Origin: Gemmatimonadota bacterium
GTDB taxonomy: Bacteria; Gemmatimonadota; Gemmatimonadetes; Palauibacterales; KS3-K002
Assembly (NCBI GenBank): GCA_041617795.1
Contig: JBFJOD010000001.1
Location: 21,436 to 85,435 of the forward strand
Length of the DNA: 64,000 nt
Direction of reading: 5' to 3'
Positions within the stretch are counted from its first letter, which is position 1; each line of letters starts with the position of its first letter. Shown in pieces: positions 29,743-40,312 of the stretch. Below the pieces are notes generated by a model. That model was not told where the DNA came from. It did no database searches and saw only the letters and a program-made list of their open reading frames with translations. Position numbers and translations under genes: made by a program.

Positions 29743-30111
29743 ATGGCCGCGAACGTTGATACTCCCGAGACCGGTCCTGATGAACAGAGGGACCGTGAAC
29801 CTGCCCACTACATGCTCGCCTTCGCTATCGGCGCGTTGGTCGGCATCGGTTTCGCTGCTATCTGGATTCCAGAGCAGCGACGTCGCCGGTTACCGGCGCT
29901 GATCGGCGAGCGCTACCGGCGTGTCCGTGATGCCGGCACATCGGCCCTAGATGAGATTCGCTCGGCCAGCGGCGAGGCAATCGGCGAATTCCGGCAGGAA
30001 CTCGGTTCCAGCCTGGAAGCCGCACGCGAGGAGATGGCTGAGATGGCGCGCAAGCAGTTGAAGCAGGCGCGCGGAACACTACGACGCGAGTACCGAAAGC
30101 TCCGCCGCTAA
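29743..30111 (+). CDS. YtxH-like protein (single TM + charged helical region)
   Basis: MAANVD... (an alternative TTG at 29710 is also possible); AFAIGALVGIGFAAIWIP TM then ...EEMAEMARKQLKQARGTLRREYRKLRR; the ytxG/ytxH-like pairing is known from Bacillus general-stress operons. Confidence 0.4.
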   Translation: MAANVDTPETGPDEQRDREPAHYMLAFAIGALVGIGFAAIWIPEQRRRRLPALIGERYRRVRDAGTSALDEIRSASGEAIGEFRQELGSSLEAAREEMAEMARKQLKQARGTLRREYRKLRR

Positions 30112-30117
30112 TAGTAA

Positions 30118-31113
30118 ATGCGCTGGGCTACCCTACTATGTGTCGCCGGCTTGGGTGTGCTCCTGACTCCCGATCCCGCCTGGGCCTGGGGACCGGGCAT
30201 GCATATCCTGGTCGGGACCGAAATCCTGGGTGCGCTGAGCCTGCTGCCACCCGCCATCGCCGGGATCCTCCGCGCTTATCCGCTGGATTTCTTATATGGC
30301 TGCATCGCGGCCGACATTACGTTCGCCAAGAAATACGCTCCGGTCGGCCGCCATAGCCACCACTGGCATGTCGGCGAAGAGTTGCTGAGGTCAGCCAAGA
30401 AGGACTCGACCCGCGCCTGCGCCATCGGTTACCTGACGCACCTGGGCGGCGACACGATCGCCCATAACTTCTTCTTGCCGCGACAGCTGATCACATCGGC
30501 CAACACGCAAGCGATCGGCCACTCGTACTGGGAGCACCGGATGGACTTCCACATCGGACAAGCCTATATCCGTGCTGCCTCGAGTCTCATCTCGGATTTC
30601 GACCACCGGCACAATGACGAACTGCTAGACCGTGTGCTCGATCGCACCGTTTTTAGCTTCGCCACGAATCGCCGTATCTTTCGTGGCATGATCCGCATCG
30701 CCGACCACAACACGTGGCAGGCCATGTTCGATCGTGTGCTCGACTATTCCCGCTGGGACGTCGAGGACCGCGACGTTGACACCTGGGTCCATTACACGTT
30801 CGATTTCGCGACGGACTACCTGATCCGGCGCAGAGACTCCGTCGCCGCCTACCTCGATCCCACCGGCGAAAGAGCCTTAGGCGAAGCCAAGCGATTGAAC
30901 CGTGTGCACGGCCAGCTGGGAAAATCGCAGCGTCAGGAGGAGCTAGCAAACCTTGCCGAAGAGCAGTTCCATCTTCCGGACACCTTACCGGGATGGTGGG
31001 AGAAGCGCTTGCGTGCTCAGGGCATGTGGGTCGACCTGGTTCACCTCAAGGCCCATCTCATCCGGCCGAAACGGCAACGACAGCGTCGCAGGAAGCCAGA
31101 GGCGGCCGGCTGA
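30118..31113 (+). CDS. Secreted zinc-dependent phospholipase C / S1-P1 nuclease-like hydrolase family protein
   Basis: Signal peptide MRWATLLCVAGLGVLLTPDPAWA then WGPGMHILVG (N-terminal Trp typical of zinc-PLC), His-rich HSHHWH, HLGGDTIAHNF. Confidence 0.45.
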   Translation: MRWATLLCVAGLGVLLTPDPAWAWGPGMHILVGTEILGALSLLPPAIAGILRAYPLDFLYGCIAADITFAKKYAPVGRHSHHWHVGEELLRSAKKDSTRACAIGYLTHLGGDTIAHNFFLPRQLITSANTQAIGHSYWEHRMDFHIGQAYIRAASSLISDFDHRHNDELLDRVLDRTVFSFATNRRIFRGMIRIADHNTWQAMFDRVLDYSRWDVEDRDVDTWVHYTFDFATDYLIRRRDSVAAYLDPTGERALGEAKRLNRVHGQLGKSQRQEELANLAEEQFHLPDTLPGWWEKRLRAQGMWVDLVHLKAHLIRPKRQRQRRRKPEAAG

Positions 31114-31121
31114 TACCCCTT

Positions 31122-32603
31122 CTAGCTGCCGGTATCCGTCCGCTCCGGTTTCAGCATCATCAGCAAGCGTTCGCGCAGCTGCTTAGCGTCGGCCCTGCCC
31201 TTCGATTTCCTCATGACCTGCCCGATGAAGAACGCCAGCAACTTCTCTTCGCCCCCGCGAAACCGCTCGACCTCCGCCGGATTCTCCGACAGCGCTTCTT
31301 CCACCCACTGGTCTAGCTGACTGCCCGCTTTGATCTTTTCAAGGCCCCGTTCAGCGACGACCTGGGCAGCCGCCTTGCCGGTTTCCACCATGGATCTCAA
31401 CACTTCGGCCCCGAGGTTGTGACTCAGCCTGCCCGCTGCGACGAGCTCCATGAGCTCCGCCAGCCGAGCCGGATCAACAAACCCCTCCCCCACCGACACA
31501 CCCAGTTCATTGGCGACCGAAAGCGCTTCTCGCATCATCCAGTTCGCTGCTGATCGCGGCGCGCCCGAGATCCGTGCAAGTGCCTCGTAGTAGTCGGCTA
31601 GCTGCCGGCTCGCGCTCAGAACGCCCGCGTCGTAGGGCGTAAGGTCGTACTCCTTCTCAAATCGTTCCTGCTTCTGCCAGGGCAACTCCGGCAGCTGTCT
31701 CTGCAACTGGCCGACCGTCTCCTCAGTAACGACTAGATCGAGCAGGTCCGGTTCGGGGAAGTAGCGATAATCGTGAAGTTCTTCTTTGCCTCGCATCGGA
31801 CGCGACTCATTACGGGCCGGATCCCACAGCATCGTTTGATGCGCCACCGATCCACCCGCCCTGAGGATGGCGAGATGACGCGACGCCTCATACTCTAGCG
31901 CCCGTTCCAGTTGGCTGAACGAGTTCAAGTTCTTGACCTCGGTCTTGGTGGGCAGCGCAGTAACGCCGGGCGGCCGCACCGAGACGTTCGCGTCTACGCG
32001 AAGACTACCTTCCTCCATGTTGCAGTCGCTGACTTCCAAGTATTCGAGCGTCTGCTTCAACCTGACCAGCCAAGCGCGTGCCTGCGCGGGTGAGCGCAGG
32101 TCGGGCTCTGTGACGATCTCGACCAACGGCACGCCCGCACGATTGAGATCGACCGCGGTCAGACCCGCAAACCGATCGTGCAGTGACTTACCGGAATCCT
32201 CTTCCACGTGTATCCGGCGCACGCGAACCCGCCGTGGCGTGCTGGCCGCGTCTGCCGGCACATCCAGCCAACCGCTGGTCGTAAGCGGCCGGTCGAACTG
32301 GCTGATCTGGTAACCTTTGGGCAGATCGGGATAGAAGTAGTTCTTGCGCGCGAAAACCGAGCGCGAATGAACCTGACAGTTCAAGGCGAGCGCGGCAAAG
32401 ACGGCAAGCTCGACGGCGCGTCGATTGACCACCGGCAAAGCGCCGGGCAGACCCAGGCAGACGGGACAGACCAGAGTGTTGGGCGGCGCTCCGAATTCGA
32501 CGGCGCAGCCGCAGAACATCTTGCTGCGTGTCTTCAGCTGCACATGGATCTCGAGACCGATAATCGTCTCGTGGCCATCCACCGCGTTAGACTCGAGCAT
32601 CAT
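31122..32603 (-). CDS. gatB: Asp-tRNA(Asn)/Glu-tRNA(Gln) amidotransferase subunit B
   Basis: 493 aa; ...[10 protein letters not shown]...MFCGC... Confidence 0.9.
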   Translation of the reverse strand: MMLESNAVDGHETIIGLEIHVQLKTRSKMFCGCAVEFGAPPNTLVCPVCLGLPGALPVVNRRAVELAVFAALALNCQVHSRSVFARKNYFYPDLPKGYQISQFDRPLTTSGWLDVPADAASTPRRVRVRRIHVEEDSGKSLHDRFAGLTAVDLNRAGVPLVEIVTEPDLRSPAQARAWLVRLKQTLEYLEVSDCNMEEGSLRVDANVSVRPPGVTALPTKTEVKNLNSFSQLERALEYEASRHLAILRAGGSVAHQTMLWDPARNESRPMRGKEELHDYRYFPEPDLLDLVVTEETVGQLQRQLPELPWQKQERFEKEYDLTPYDAGVLSASRQLADYYEALARISGAPRSAANWMMREALSVANELGVSVGEGFVDPARLAELMELVAAGRLSHNLGAEVLRSMVETGKAAAQVVAERGLEKIKAGSQLDQWVEEALSENPAEVERFRGGEEKLLAFFIGQVMRKSKGRADAKQLRERLLMMLKPERTDTGS

Positions 32604-34084
32604 GCGTCGCTTGGCAGCGAGTCACTGGCCAGCGAGCCTTCCAGCGCCGACGCAGCTCGCAACATTGTCGCTTCATTGAATTGGCCGGCGATGAACTGGC
32701 CACCCACGGGTAGCCCGCCGACATCGGCGATCGGCAACGAAATTGCCGGCAGGCGTGCCAGATTCGCGGTGACCGTGAACAGATCTGACAGGTACATCTG
32801 GATGGGATCATCAATCCGTTCGCCGAGTTCAAACGCCAACGTAGGCGAAGTCGGAGTGAAGATGACGTCGACGCCAGCCGCGAACGCACGCTCGAAGTCA
32901 CCGGCGATCAGGCTGCGGACCTGCTGGCCACTCCCGTAGTAGGCTTCGTAATAACCAGCCGAAAGGCTAAAGGTGCCCAGCATGATGCGTCGCTTGACTT
33001 CGGCGCCGAAACCCATACCACGGGTCCGGCGGTACACGCCCAGTGTGCTCTCGGCACCTGGGGCACGCAGCCCGTAACGCACGCCGTCGTAGCGAGCCAA
33101 GTTGCTCGACGCCTCTGCATTGGCCACCAAATAGTAGGCCGGAATCGCGTACGTCGTATGCGGCAGCGATATCTCACGCACCTCGGCCCCCAAGGTCGCC
33201 AAGCGTTCGACCGCGGCCCGACAAGGCACCGCGATACTGCTGTCAAGGTCAGCGGGGAAGTACTCCCGCGGAACCCCGACCACCAAGCCGTCTACACCCG
33301 CCTCCAGCCCCGCAAGGAAATCGGGAACCGCCACATCCGCCGCCGTCGAATCGAAGCGATCGTGGCCAGCTATGACCCCAAGCGCCAGAGCCGCGTCACG
33401 TACGTCTGCGGCGATGGGCCCGATCTGATCGAGGCTGGATGCGAAGGCTACGAGCCCGTAGCGGCTCACCCGGCCGTAGGTCGGCTTCAAACCTACGACA
33501 CCACAGAATGCCGCCGGCTGACGTACCGAGCCCCCGGTATCGGAGCCAAGCGCCAGTGGCACCAGCCCGGCGGCCACAGCGGCAGCCGAGCCACCGGAAC
33601 TCCCACCCGGCACGCGCCGCCTGTCCCGAGGGTTACGCGTCGGAGCGAACCCGCTGTTCTCGGTGGACGAGCCCATCGCGAATTCATCCAGGTTCGTCTT
33701 TCCAACAATCAACGCACCCGCCTGCCGCAACTTGCGAACGACCGTCGCTTCGTACGGCGACACGTAATCCCCGAGCACTCTCGAGCCACAGGTCGTGGGC
33801 AGATCCGACGTGCAGATGTTGTCTTTGACAGCCACCGGTATGCCGGCCAGCGGGCCGACGTCTTCGCCGGCATCGAGTGCCAGATCGAGTTCGGACGCTC
33901 TCTCAACCAGCTCATCTCCCGCAACCGAAAGGAACGCGTTAAGCGGCGAAGCTTCCGCCTCAGATTCCTGGATCCGTCGCTGTGTCGACGTTAGAAGATC
34001 TGCGACCCGCAGGCGGCGGTCGCGTAGCGCCTCGCGCAGTTCCAGGACCGAGGTGAAGGGCGGACCCGCCATGCCGCTAAGCAC
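32600..34084 (-). CDS. gatA: Asp-tRNA(Asn)/Glu-tRNA(Gln) amidotransferase subunit A (amidase)
   Basis: 494 aa; amidase signature [14 protein letters not shown]; 4-nt overlap with gatB. Confidence 0.9.
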   Translation of the reverse strand: MLSGMAGPPFTSVLELREALRDRRLRVADLLTSTQRRIQESEAEASPLNAFLSVAGDELVERASELDLALDAGEDVGPLAGIPVAVKDNICTSDLPTTCGSRVLGDYVSPYEATVVRKLRQAGALIVGKTNLDEFAMGSSTENSGFAPTRNPRDRRRVPGGSSGGSAAAVAAGLVPLALGSDTGGSVRQPAAFCGVVGLKPTYGRVSRYGLVAFASSLDQIGPIAADVRDAALALGVIAGHDRFDSTAADVAVPDFLAGLEAGVDGLVVGVPREYFPADLDSSIAVPCRAAVERLATLGAEVREISLPHTTYAIPAYYLVANAEASSNLARYDGVRYGLRAPGAESTLGVYRRTRGMGFGAEVKRRIMLGTFSLSAGYYEAYYGSGQQVRSLIAGDFERAFAAGVDVIFTPTSPTLAFELGERIDDPIQMYLSDLFTVTANLARLPAISLPIADVGGLPVGGQFIAGQFNEATMLRAASALEGSLASDSLPSDA

Positions 34085-34095
34085 TCCCCATGCTC

Positions 34096-34407
34096 TTACG
34101 CATCGTCACTGAGTGCTTCGGCATCCAGCGCGGCTAGTCGGGGCAGCACGAAAAAACCTTCGCGCCACTTGGGCGCCAGCTGAGCTATCTCAACCGCCAG
34201 CGAGTCGGCACCGACTTTGTCGTCACGCAGCGGCGTTGCCAGGCGCTCAGTGTCCGCTCCGCCTTCCTCGATATCCAGCTTGCTCACTGTCTCGAAATAA
34301 CCGAGAATCGACGCACAGTCCCGGGCCAGGCGCTCCAGTTCGTCAGCTTCCAGGTCCAGCCGTGCCAGTCCAGCGACCGTTTCCACGTCAGACCGACGAA
34401 TCCCCAT
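34096..34407 (-). CDS. gatC: Asp-tRNA(Asn)/Glu-tRNA(Gln) amidotransferase subunit C
   Basis: 103 aa; ...[17 protein letters not shown]...[14 protein letters not shown]... Confidence 0.8.
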   Translation of the reverse strand: MGIRRSDVETVAGLARLDLEADELERLARDCASILGYFETVSKLDIEEGGADTERLATPLRDDKVGADSLAVEIAQLAPKWREGFFVLPRLAALDAEALSDDA

Positions 34408-34439
34408 ACTTGCCTCCTGATCGTACCGCTGCCGCGCCG

Positions 34440-36713
34440 CTAATCGAGCTCGAGGTTTGCATATCTCACCATGACCTTCTTGAGCCCAACCGACTCGAAA
34501 TCGATGACCGCCTTGAGGTCGAACCCTTGCCCATCCAATTTCGCGACCGTTCCCGGGCCGAAGCGCGGGTGGCGCACGCGCGTGCCTTCTTCCAGCTGCG
34601 CGAGCGCGGGAATCTCCTGAGAATCGGAGTAGTCGTAGATCAGGCTCCCTGCCCCGCCGTTGTCTGCTTCCACTGCCCTGTAGGCTCGTGAATCGCGCGT
34701 CTGCCGGCTGGACACACGCTGACGGTAGCGATCCGTCTGGCGTAACTCCATAAGCTCTTCCGGAATCGGCTGCAAGAACGCGGAGGGGCTGGACACGATC
34801 CAGTCTCCGCCACGCCGGCGCCGCTTGGCGTTTGTCATATACAACTTCTTTTGAGCGCGCGTGATGCCAACGTAGAACAGGCGGCGCTCCTCCTCCAATT
34901 CCTCCAAGCTGTCATAGGAACGAGAGAGCGGAAACAGCCCCTCCTCCAACCCGGAGATGACCACGACGGGAAATTCCAGGCCCTTGGCGTTGTGCAGGGT
35001 CATCAGCGTTACCGCATCGGCTTCCGGATCGAGGTTATCGACCTCAGCGATCAGCGAGACCTTCTGCAGAAACAGGTCGAGTTCCGTCAACTCTCCGACC
35101 TCAGCGATGTCTTCAGCTTCCGCCGTAGCTTGCGCATCGAACTCTGCCGCCGCCGCTATTAGCTCTTCGACATTCTGGGCGCGGTCGATGCCTTCGTGGC
35201 CCTCTTCGCGCAGCCGTTCCAGCAGGCGCAATTCCACAGTCAGCTCGGTCAGCAGCTCATGTGCGCGCACGTGAGGGGCTATCCCACGATAGCGCTCGAT
35301 GAATTGAGCGAACTCTTCAAGCGCGCTGGCGCCGGCGGGACGCATACCGTGGATCGATAGGGCGCGCCGGGCCGCCTCCAAGGGCGTCAGGCCTGCTTCA
35401 CGCGCGGATTCAAGCAAGACGGTGAGCGTGCTATCACCGATGCCACGACGTGGGTAGTTGACGATACGCAAGAAGGCGCTGGCGTCTTTCGGATTCGAGA
35501 TCAGCTTGAGATACGCGATGACATCTCTGATCTCGCGCCGTTCGTAGAACCTAACCCCGCCGATGATCCGGTACGGCAAATCGGCCATCCGAAATGCCTC
35601 TTCCAGTGCCCGGCTTTGAGCGTTGGTGCGGTAGAGTACCACAAAATCCTTGTGCACCCGGCCAGCTGAATCGGCCAGTGAAAACGCGATCTCACTCGCG
35701 ATCCATTCCGCTTCGTCGATCTCGTCGGACGCCTGTACGAGCGTAATCTGCTCACCGGCCTCGTTCTCCGTGAACAGCGTCTTTCCCCTACGGTTCCGGT
35801 TCTCGGCAATCACTAGGTTGGCAGCATCGAGGATTAGTTGCGTAGAGCGGTAATTGCGCTGCAGGCGAATGGTCTTCGCGGCCGGGAAGTCTCTTTCGAA
35901 CTCGAGGATGTTCCGGATATCGGCTCCTCGCCATCCATAGATCGACTGGTCATCGTCGCCGACGACACAAAGGTTCCCGTGCTGCTTGGCCAGCAACTCG
36001 AGAAAGCGGTACTGCGCGCGGTTCGTGTCCTGGTATTCGTCGACCAAGATGAACTGGAAACGATTGCGGAACCGCTCTAAGACTTCCTCGAACGACTCGA
36101 ACAGCTCAACCGGCTTGACCAGCAGATCATCGAAGTCGAACCCGTTGCCTTCCCGCAGCCGCGCCTGGTAGATCGGGTAGATATCGGCGACGATACGCGC
36201 AAACGGGTCTACTGCTGCCTCGGCGTAGACAGCTGGCCCGACCAGCTGGTTCTTGGCTGCTGAGATGGCTCCGTGCACCGCTTGAGGCTTCCAGCGCTTC
36301 GCGACGTTGCGGTCTGCCATCACTCGCTTGATCACTCGCAGACTGTCATCCGCATCCAGAATCGTGAATTCCGGACCGAAGCCGAGGCGCGCAGCATATC
36401 GGCGCAGAATTCGCGCACCGATCGAGTGAAACGTCCCCATCCACATTCCGGCCGGCTCCGTTCCGAGTAGCACCCTGACTCTGTGGCGCATCTCTTCAGC
36501 GGCCTTGTTCGTGAAGGTCACAGCCAGGATGAGGTTGGGATCGACGCCTTGCTGTTCGATGAGGTGGGCGATGCGACAAGTGAGGACTCTTGTCTTACCC
36601 GAACCCGCGCCGGCGAGAACGAGAAGCGGCCCCTCGAAGTGCGCTACGGCCACTTTCTGTTCCGGGTTCAGTGACTCCAAGTAGGTGCCGGGCTCCGGAT
36701 TAGCGGCTGCCAC
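34440..36713 (-). CDS. pcrA: ATP-dependent DNA helicase PcrA/UvrD (SF1)
   Basis: 757 aa; LNPEQKVAVAH..GPLLVLAGAGSGKTRVLT (motif I), ...TFHS..., UvrD motifs. Confidence 0.9.
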   Translation of the reverse strand: MAAANPEPGTYLESLNPEQKVAVAHFEGPLLVLAGAGSGKTRVLTCRIAHLIEQQGVDPNLILAVTFTNKAAEEMRHRVRVLLGTEPAGMWMGTFHSIGARILRRYAARLGFGPEFTILDADDSLRVIKRVMADRNVAKRWKPQAVHGAISAAKNQLVGPAVYAEAAVDPFARIVADIYPIYQARLREGNGFDFDDLLVKPVELFESFEEVLERFRNRFQFILVDEYQDTNRAQYRFLELLAKQHGNLCVVGDDDQSIYGWRGADIRNILEFERDFPAAKTIRLQRNYRSTQLILDAANLVIAENRNRRGKTLFTENEAGEQITLVQASDEIDEAEWIASEIAFSLADSAGRVHKDFVVLYRTNAQSRALEEAFRMADLPYRIIGGVRFYERREIRDVIAYLKLISNPKDASAFLRIVNYPRRGIGDSTLTVLLESAREAGLTPLEAARRALSIHGMRPAGASALEEFAQFIERYRGIAPHVRAHELLTELTVELRLLERLREEGHEGIDRAQNVEELIAAAAEFDAQATAEAEDIAEVGELTELDLFLQKVSLIAEVDNLDPEADAVTLMTLHNAKGLEFPVVVISGLEEGLFPLSRSYDSLEELEEERRLFYVGITRAQKKLYMTNAKRRRRGGDWIVSSPSAFLQPIPEELMELRQTDRYRQRVSSRQTRDSRAYRAVEADNGGAGSLIYDYSDSQEIPALAQLEEGTRVRHPRFGPGTVAKLDGQGFDLKAVIDFESVGLKKVMVRYANLELD

Positions 36714-36716
36714 GCC

Positions 36717-37910
36717 TTACGACACGCGCTGCTGGGGAGAAACCGGGAGGGTAACGATGAATTCAGCACCAACGCGACGCTTTCCCAGCGTGATGGATCC
36801 GCCGTGGTTCTTTTCGATGATCCTGCGCGCCAGCGATAACCCGACGCCCCATCCGCCCTGTTTGCCAGACACGCCGGGCTCGAATATGTGCTTGCGCAGC
36901 TCCGCAGGCACGCCTGGCCCATCATCGACGAACCGCAGGCAGACCCGCCGATCGTTGTCGGTCAGCTCGGCTGTGATCGCGATATTTCCGCCGCGGCCTG
37001 CCAGTACGTCGACTGAGTTCTTTACGATATTCTCGAATGCCCATTCAAGCAGCACGGGATTGCCCGCGACCGGTGGGAGATCCTCTGGAGTGTGCACATA
37101 GAGCTCGATCGAGCGATCGAACCGTGGTAAGCGAACCGTGAAGTAGTCCTCCAGTCTCCTCAGCGTAGCCCCGATGTCAACCACTCTCATCTTCGGACGT
37201 CGACCGATCAGCTCGAACCGCTGGGCGATCTCGTTCAGCCGTTCCACGTCCACCTCAACCTCGCGCGCGATCTTGTCGTCGGCCGCCACTCCGGCGCGCT
37301 CGCCGGCTGACATCTTCATGATCTCCACCCAACCAGACAGCGAACTAAGCGGCGTGCCCAGCTGGTGCGCCGATTCGCGGGCCATCGTCGCCCAAACGCG
37401 TTCCTGCTCGGCCCGCAGCGTGGACCGGAAGATCCAGACGGCGGTGAGCACAATCACGATTAACGTGGCAGCCTGTATCCAGGGAACCCAGCGCAGCCGC
37501 TCGACCACCGCCGGCATCCCGAAATGAATCTCACCGACTCCCTCCTCCATAATCGGATCATTTCGGCTATCCAACATCTTGGCATATTCGAGTACGCGCT
37601 GCCGGTCACGTGGATCGTTCAAGTTCGGCACAAAGGGCAGATTGATCGATGCCGACGGCCGACCGTCCGCATCAGTCACAACGACGGGAACTCCCAGCTG
37701 CTCGATCTCCAGAGTCATATCGAAAAGTACCGCGTCGCTGGCCGCAGGATGCGTAGCGCTGAGACCCTGGAAAACCTGAGCGTACATACGTGAGAGCGCT
37801 GCCGCATCCGCGTTTAGGGCGCTCACGAGCTGTTGTGTATAGTACAGGTACCAGATCAGCACGGCCCCAAACAGGAGAGCGAGGCCGATGGCCCAGAGAC
37901 GAGCTTTCAA
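36717..37910 (-). CDS. Orphan sensor histidine kinase (two TM segments, periplasmic loop, HisKA + HATPase_c)
   Basis: 397 aa; H-box ARESAHQLGTPLSSLSGW; N/G boxes ...NIVKNSVDVL..., ...DDGPGVP..., GGWGVGLSLA; start overlaps serS stop by 4 nt; no response regulator in the window. Confidence 0.75.
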   Translation of the reverse strand: MKARLWAIGLALLFGAVLIWYLYYTQQLVSALNADAAALSRMYAQVFQGLSATHPAASDAVLFDMTLEIEQLGVPVVVTDADGRPSASINLPFVPNLNDPRDRQRVLEYAKMLDSRNDPIMEEGVGEIHFGMPAVVERLRWVPWIQAATLIVIVLTAVWIFRSTLRAEQERVWATMARESAHQLGTPLSSLSGWVEIMKMSAGERAGVAADDKIAREVEVDVERLNEIAQRFELIGRRPKMRVVDIGATLRRLEDYFTVRLPRFDRSIELYVHTPEDLPPVAGNPVLLEWAFENIVKNSVDVLAGRGGNIAITAELTDNDRRVCLRFVDDGPGVPAELRKHIFEPGVSGKQGGWGVGLSLARRIIEKNHGGSITLGKRRVGAEFIVTLPVSPQQRVS

Positions 37911-39187
37911 ACCGGTTCGACCCGCGTACAGCCCATGTACGAGTGTAGGGCTTCGGGAATTTCTATTCTCCCATCCTCCCGCTGGCAGTTCTCGAGCAGA
38001 GCGATGAGCGTCCGCGGCAATGCCAGCCCGGATCCATTCAACGTATGCAGGTATTCGGGCTTGGCGTTCCGCTCGCGTCGGTACCGCAGGCTGGCTCGGC
38101 GAGCCTGATAATCGCTGCAGTTCGAGCAGGAAGACACTTCGAGCCAGCGCCCCACCCCGGGCGACCAGACTTCCAAGTCGTAGGTCATTGAGCTCGACTG
38201 CGCGATGTCGCCGCCGGCCAAGAGCACAACCCGGTAGGGCAAACCCAGTCGCTGAAGTACCGTCTCAGCCTGTCGGGTCAGCTCCTCCAGCGCCGACTCC
38301 GAGTCCTCCGGTCGTTCCAGCCGCACCAACTCGACTTTGTCGAACTGATGGATGCGCAGAACTCCACGCGTATCACGGCCGGCCGCGCCGGCCTCGCGGC
38401 GAAAACAGGCCGTGTACGCCACATAGTGGCGCGGTACGTCCTCCGGGCTCAGTACTTCGCCACCATGTAGGTTCGTCAGCGGAACCTCAGCCGTGGGTAT
38501 CAACCAGAGGTCATCACCTTCGATCCGGTACGCGTCATCGGCCAATTTGGGAAGCTGGCCCGTGCCCATCATGGTTTCGCTTCTGACCAAATAGGGCGGC
38601 TGCACCTCCACGTAACCGTGTTCCCTCTGGTGTAAGTCGAGCATGAAGTTGATCAGGGCGCGCTGCAATCGAGCACCGAGGCCGACGTAAATCGGAAATC
38701 CCGAGCCGGACAGCTTCGCGCCACGCTCCAAATCGAGTAGGCCGAGCTCGGCGCCCAGCTCCCAATGCGGTTTTCGCCAATCGGCCGGCTCGAGCGGCTC
38801 GCCCCACGAGCGGATGTTTTTATTGGCTGACTCATCGCCCGCCGGCACGGCAGCCAACGGGGTGTTGGGGATTTCTAGCAGCAGCTGATGAATCCGATTT
38901 TCGCTTGCGCCAAGCTCGGCGTCGTATCGCGAGATTCGCTCCGATACGTCTTTCATTTCCTGAATCAGCGCGTTGGCGTCGGACCCGGCTTTCTTCCGGC
39001 GCGCGATCTCTTTCGAAGCCTCATTTCGTCGCGCCTTGAGTTCCTCTACCTGCTGGATCAGCTGTCGCCGCTGCTCATCGAGATTGACGACCTCATCAAC
39101 CGCAGCAGCGACTGCACCATTACCGCGTTTGGCCAGATCGCGTTTTACCGCTTCCGCTTCGAACCGTACGCGCTTCAGGTCGAGCAT
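37907..39187 (-). CDS. serS: Seryl-tRNA synthetase
   Basis: 426 aa; N-terminal coiled-coil arm, class II motifs. Confidence 0.9.
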   Translation of the reverse strand: MLDLKRVRFEAEAVKRDLAKRGNGAVAAAVDEVVNLDEQRRQLIQQVEELKARRNEASKEIARRKKAGSDANALIQEMKDVSERISRYDAELGASENRIHQLLLEIPNTPLAAVPAGDESANKNIRSWGEPLEPADWRKPHWELGAELGLLDLERGAKLSGSGFPIYVGLGARLQRALINFMLDLHQREHGYVEVQPPYLVRSETMMGTGQLPKLADDAYRIEGDDLWLIPTAEVPLTNLHGGEVLSPEDVPRHYVAYTACFRREAGAAGRDTRGVLRIHQFDKVELVRLERPEDSESALEELTRQAETVLQRLGLPYRVVLLAGGDIAQSSSMTYDLEVWSPGVGRWLEVSSCSNCSDYQARRASLRYRRERNAKPEYLHTLNGSGLALPRTLIALLENCQREDGRIEIPEALHSYMGCTRVEPV

Positions 39188-39208
39188 GCCGGTTACCTCA
39201 ACCCTGAG

Positions 39209-39784
39209 CTAACGATTCTCGGGTGTGACGTTCGTGTCGTCACAATTCGGGTTCCAGAGCACGCGGATCGTCACACGCGCCGGAGTACCCTCGATGTCAT
39301 CGACCACGAGCTTCCCGAAGATATGGCAAGGCAGTGATAGCGTAGGATCGGTTCTGCTGCGGACGGCGTAGACGCGTCCGACCGTAACGGTCACCGGGTC
39401 CTCCATCTCGTATAGACTCCGGTCCCGCGGCACCCGTTCGATCGCGTCGAACCCGCCGTCCATCGCTAGAATGCCGCTGGTGGGATCCAGTGACTCGAAG
39501 AAGCCACGCGGAAGCCAGACCGCGTCATCATCGACCAGGGCGAATGCGACGTCCCATTCATCGGTCTGATCCAAGCGAATCGCCCGGGGGATACCAGTAC
39601 CGCGAGCGGAGACAAACGTCAGACCGCTCTGCCGATCGATCGGCGCGGTCAGCAAATCGAACAGCACGAGCTCGATTGGCTCGCTGGGCCGCAAGAAGCT
39701 CGTATTCAGATCGCTGGAGCACGCGGCCAGCATCAGCAGAAAGGCAGCGGCACCGCCGCCCCGTAAGTAGTTTCGTTTCGGCAT
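39209..39784 (-). CDS. Hypothetical lipoprotein
   Basis: ORF 39209..40057 trimmed to MPKRNYLRGGGAAAFLLMLAACSSDL (signal peptide + LAAC lipobox). Confidence 0.45.
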   Translation of the reverse strand: MPKRNYLRGGGAAAFLLMLAACSSDLNTSFLRPSEPIELVLFDLLTAPIDRQSGLTFVSARGTGIPRAIRLDQTDEWDVAFALVDDDAVWLPRGFFESLDPTSGILAMDGGFDAIERVPRDRSLYEMEDPVTVTVGRVYAVRSRTDPTLSLPCHIFGKLVVDDIEGTPARVTIRVLWNPNCDDTNVTPENR

Positions 39785-39915
39785 GGCAGACCGGCGAACC
39801 TTATCCGTCTCAGGCTGGACTGTCAAGCTGCAGAACCCTTGAAAACGCTTGACTTTGTGGCTCCCGGCCGGTAGGTTCTCTCGACTTCCCCTACGAACCA
39901 GCCCGTGGGAGCCAA

Positions 39916-40269
39916 ATGCCAACACTAAAAGACCTTCTCGCTCGACTTGCCAGTCGCTCCGAAGTCGAAGCAGTTTTCGCCGTGGGCCACGACGGATTGT
40001 TGATCGATCGGGCCGGTCCGAACGATCGTGATTCCGAGGCCGTCGCGGCCATGGCACCGAATCTTCTGCAAAGCGCTCGCGAGCTCGGCACCGCCGGCCG
40101 CCACGATGGCCTGATTACAGCGGTCGTCGAATACGCCGACGGCGTCGGCATCGTGACCGACGTCTCGCCAGAGATCGTCATCGTCACATTCGTCCGCGCC
40201 GGTGTGCCCTTCGGCGCCTTGCTTTACGAGCTACGGCATAACCGCGAGCAAATCGCCAAGCTCGTTTAG
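39916..40269 (+). CDS. Roadblock/LC7 (MglB-like) domain protein
   Basis: 117 aa; ...EVEAVFAVGHDGLLIDRAG...GLITAVVEYADGVGIVTDVSPEIVIVTFV... (Roadblock pattern). Confidence 0.6.
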   Translation: MPTLKDLLARLASRSEVEAVFAVGHDGLLIDRAGPNDRDSEAVAAMAPNLLQSARELGTAGRHDGLITAVVEYADGVGIVTDVSPEIVIVTFVRAGVPFGALLYELRHNREQIAKLV

Positions 40270-40312
40270 CCGTGCCCGGCCTTCCCAGCGCGGCCAGAGC
40301 CGGAGGTCCGCC

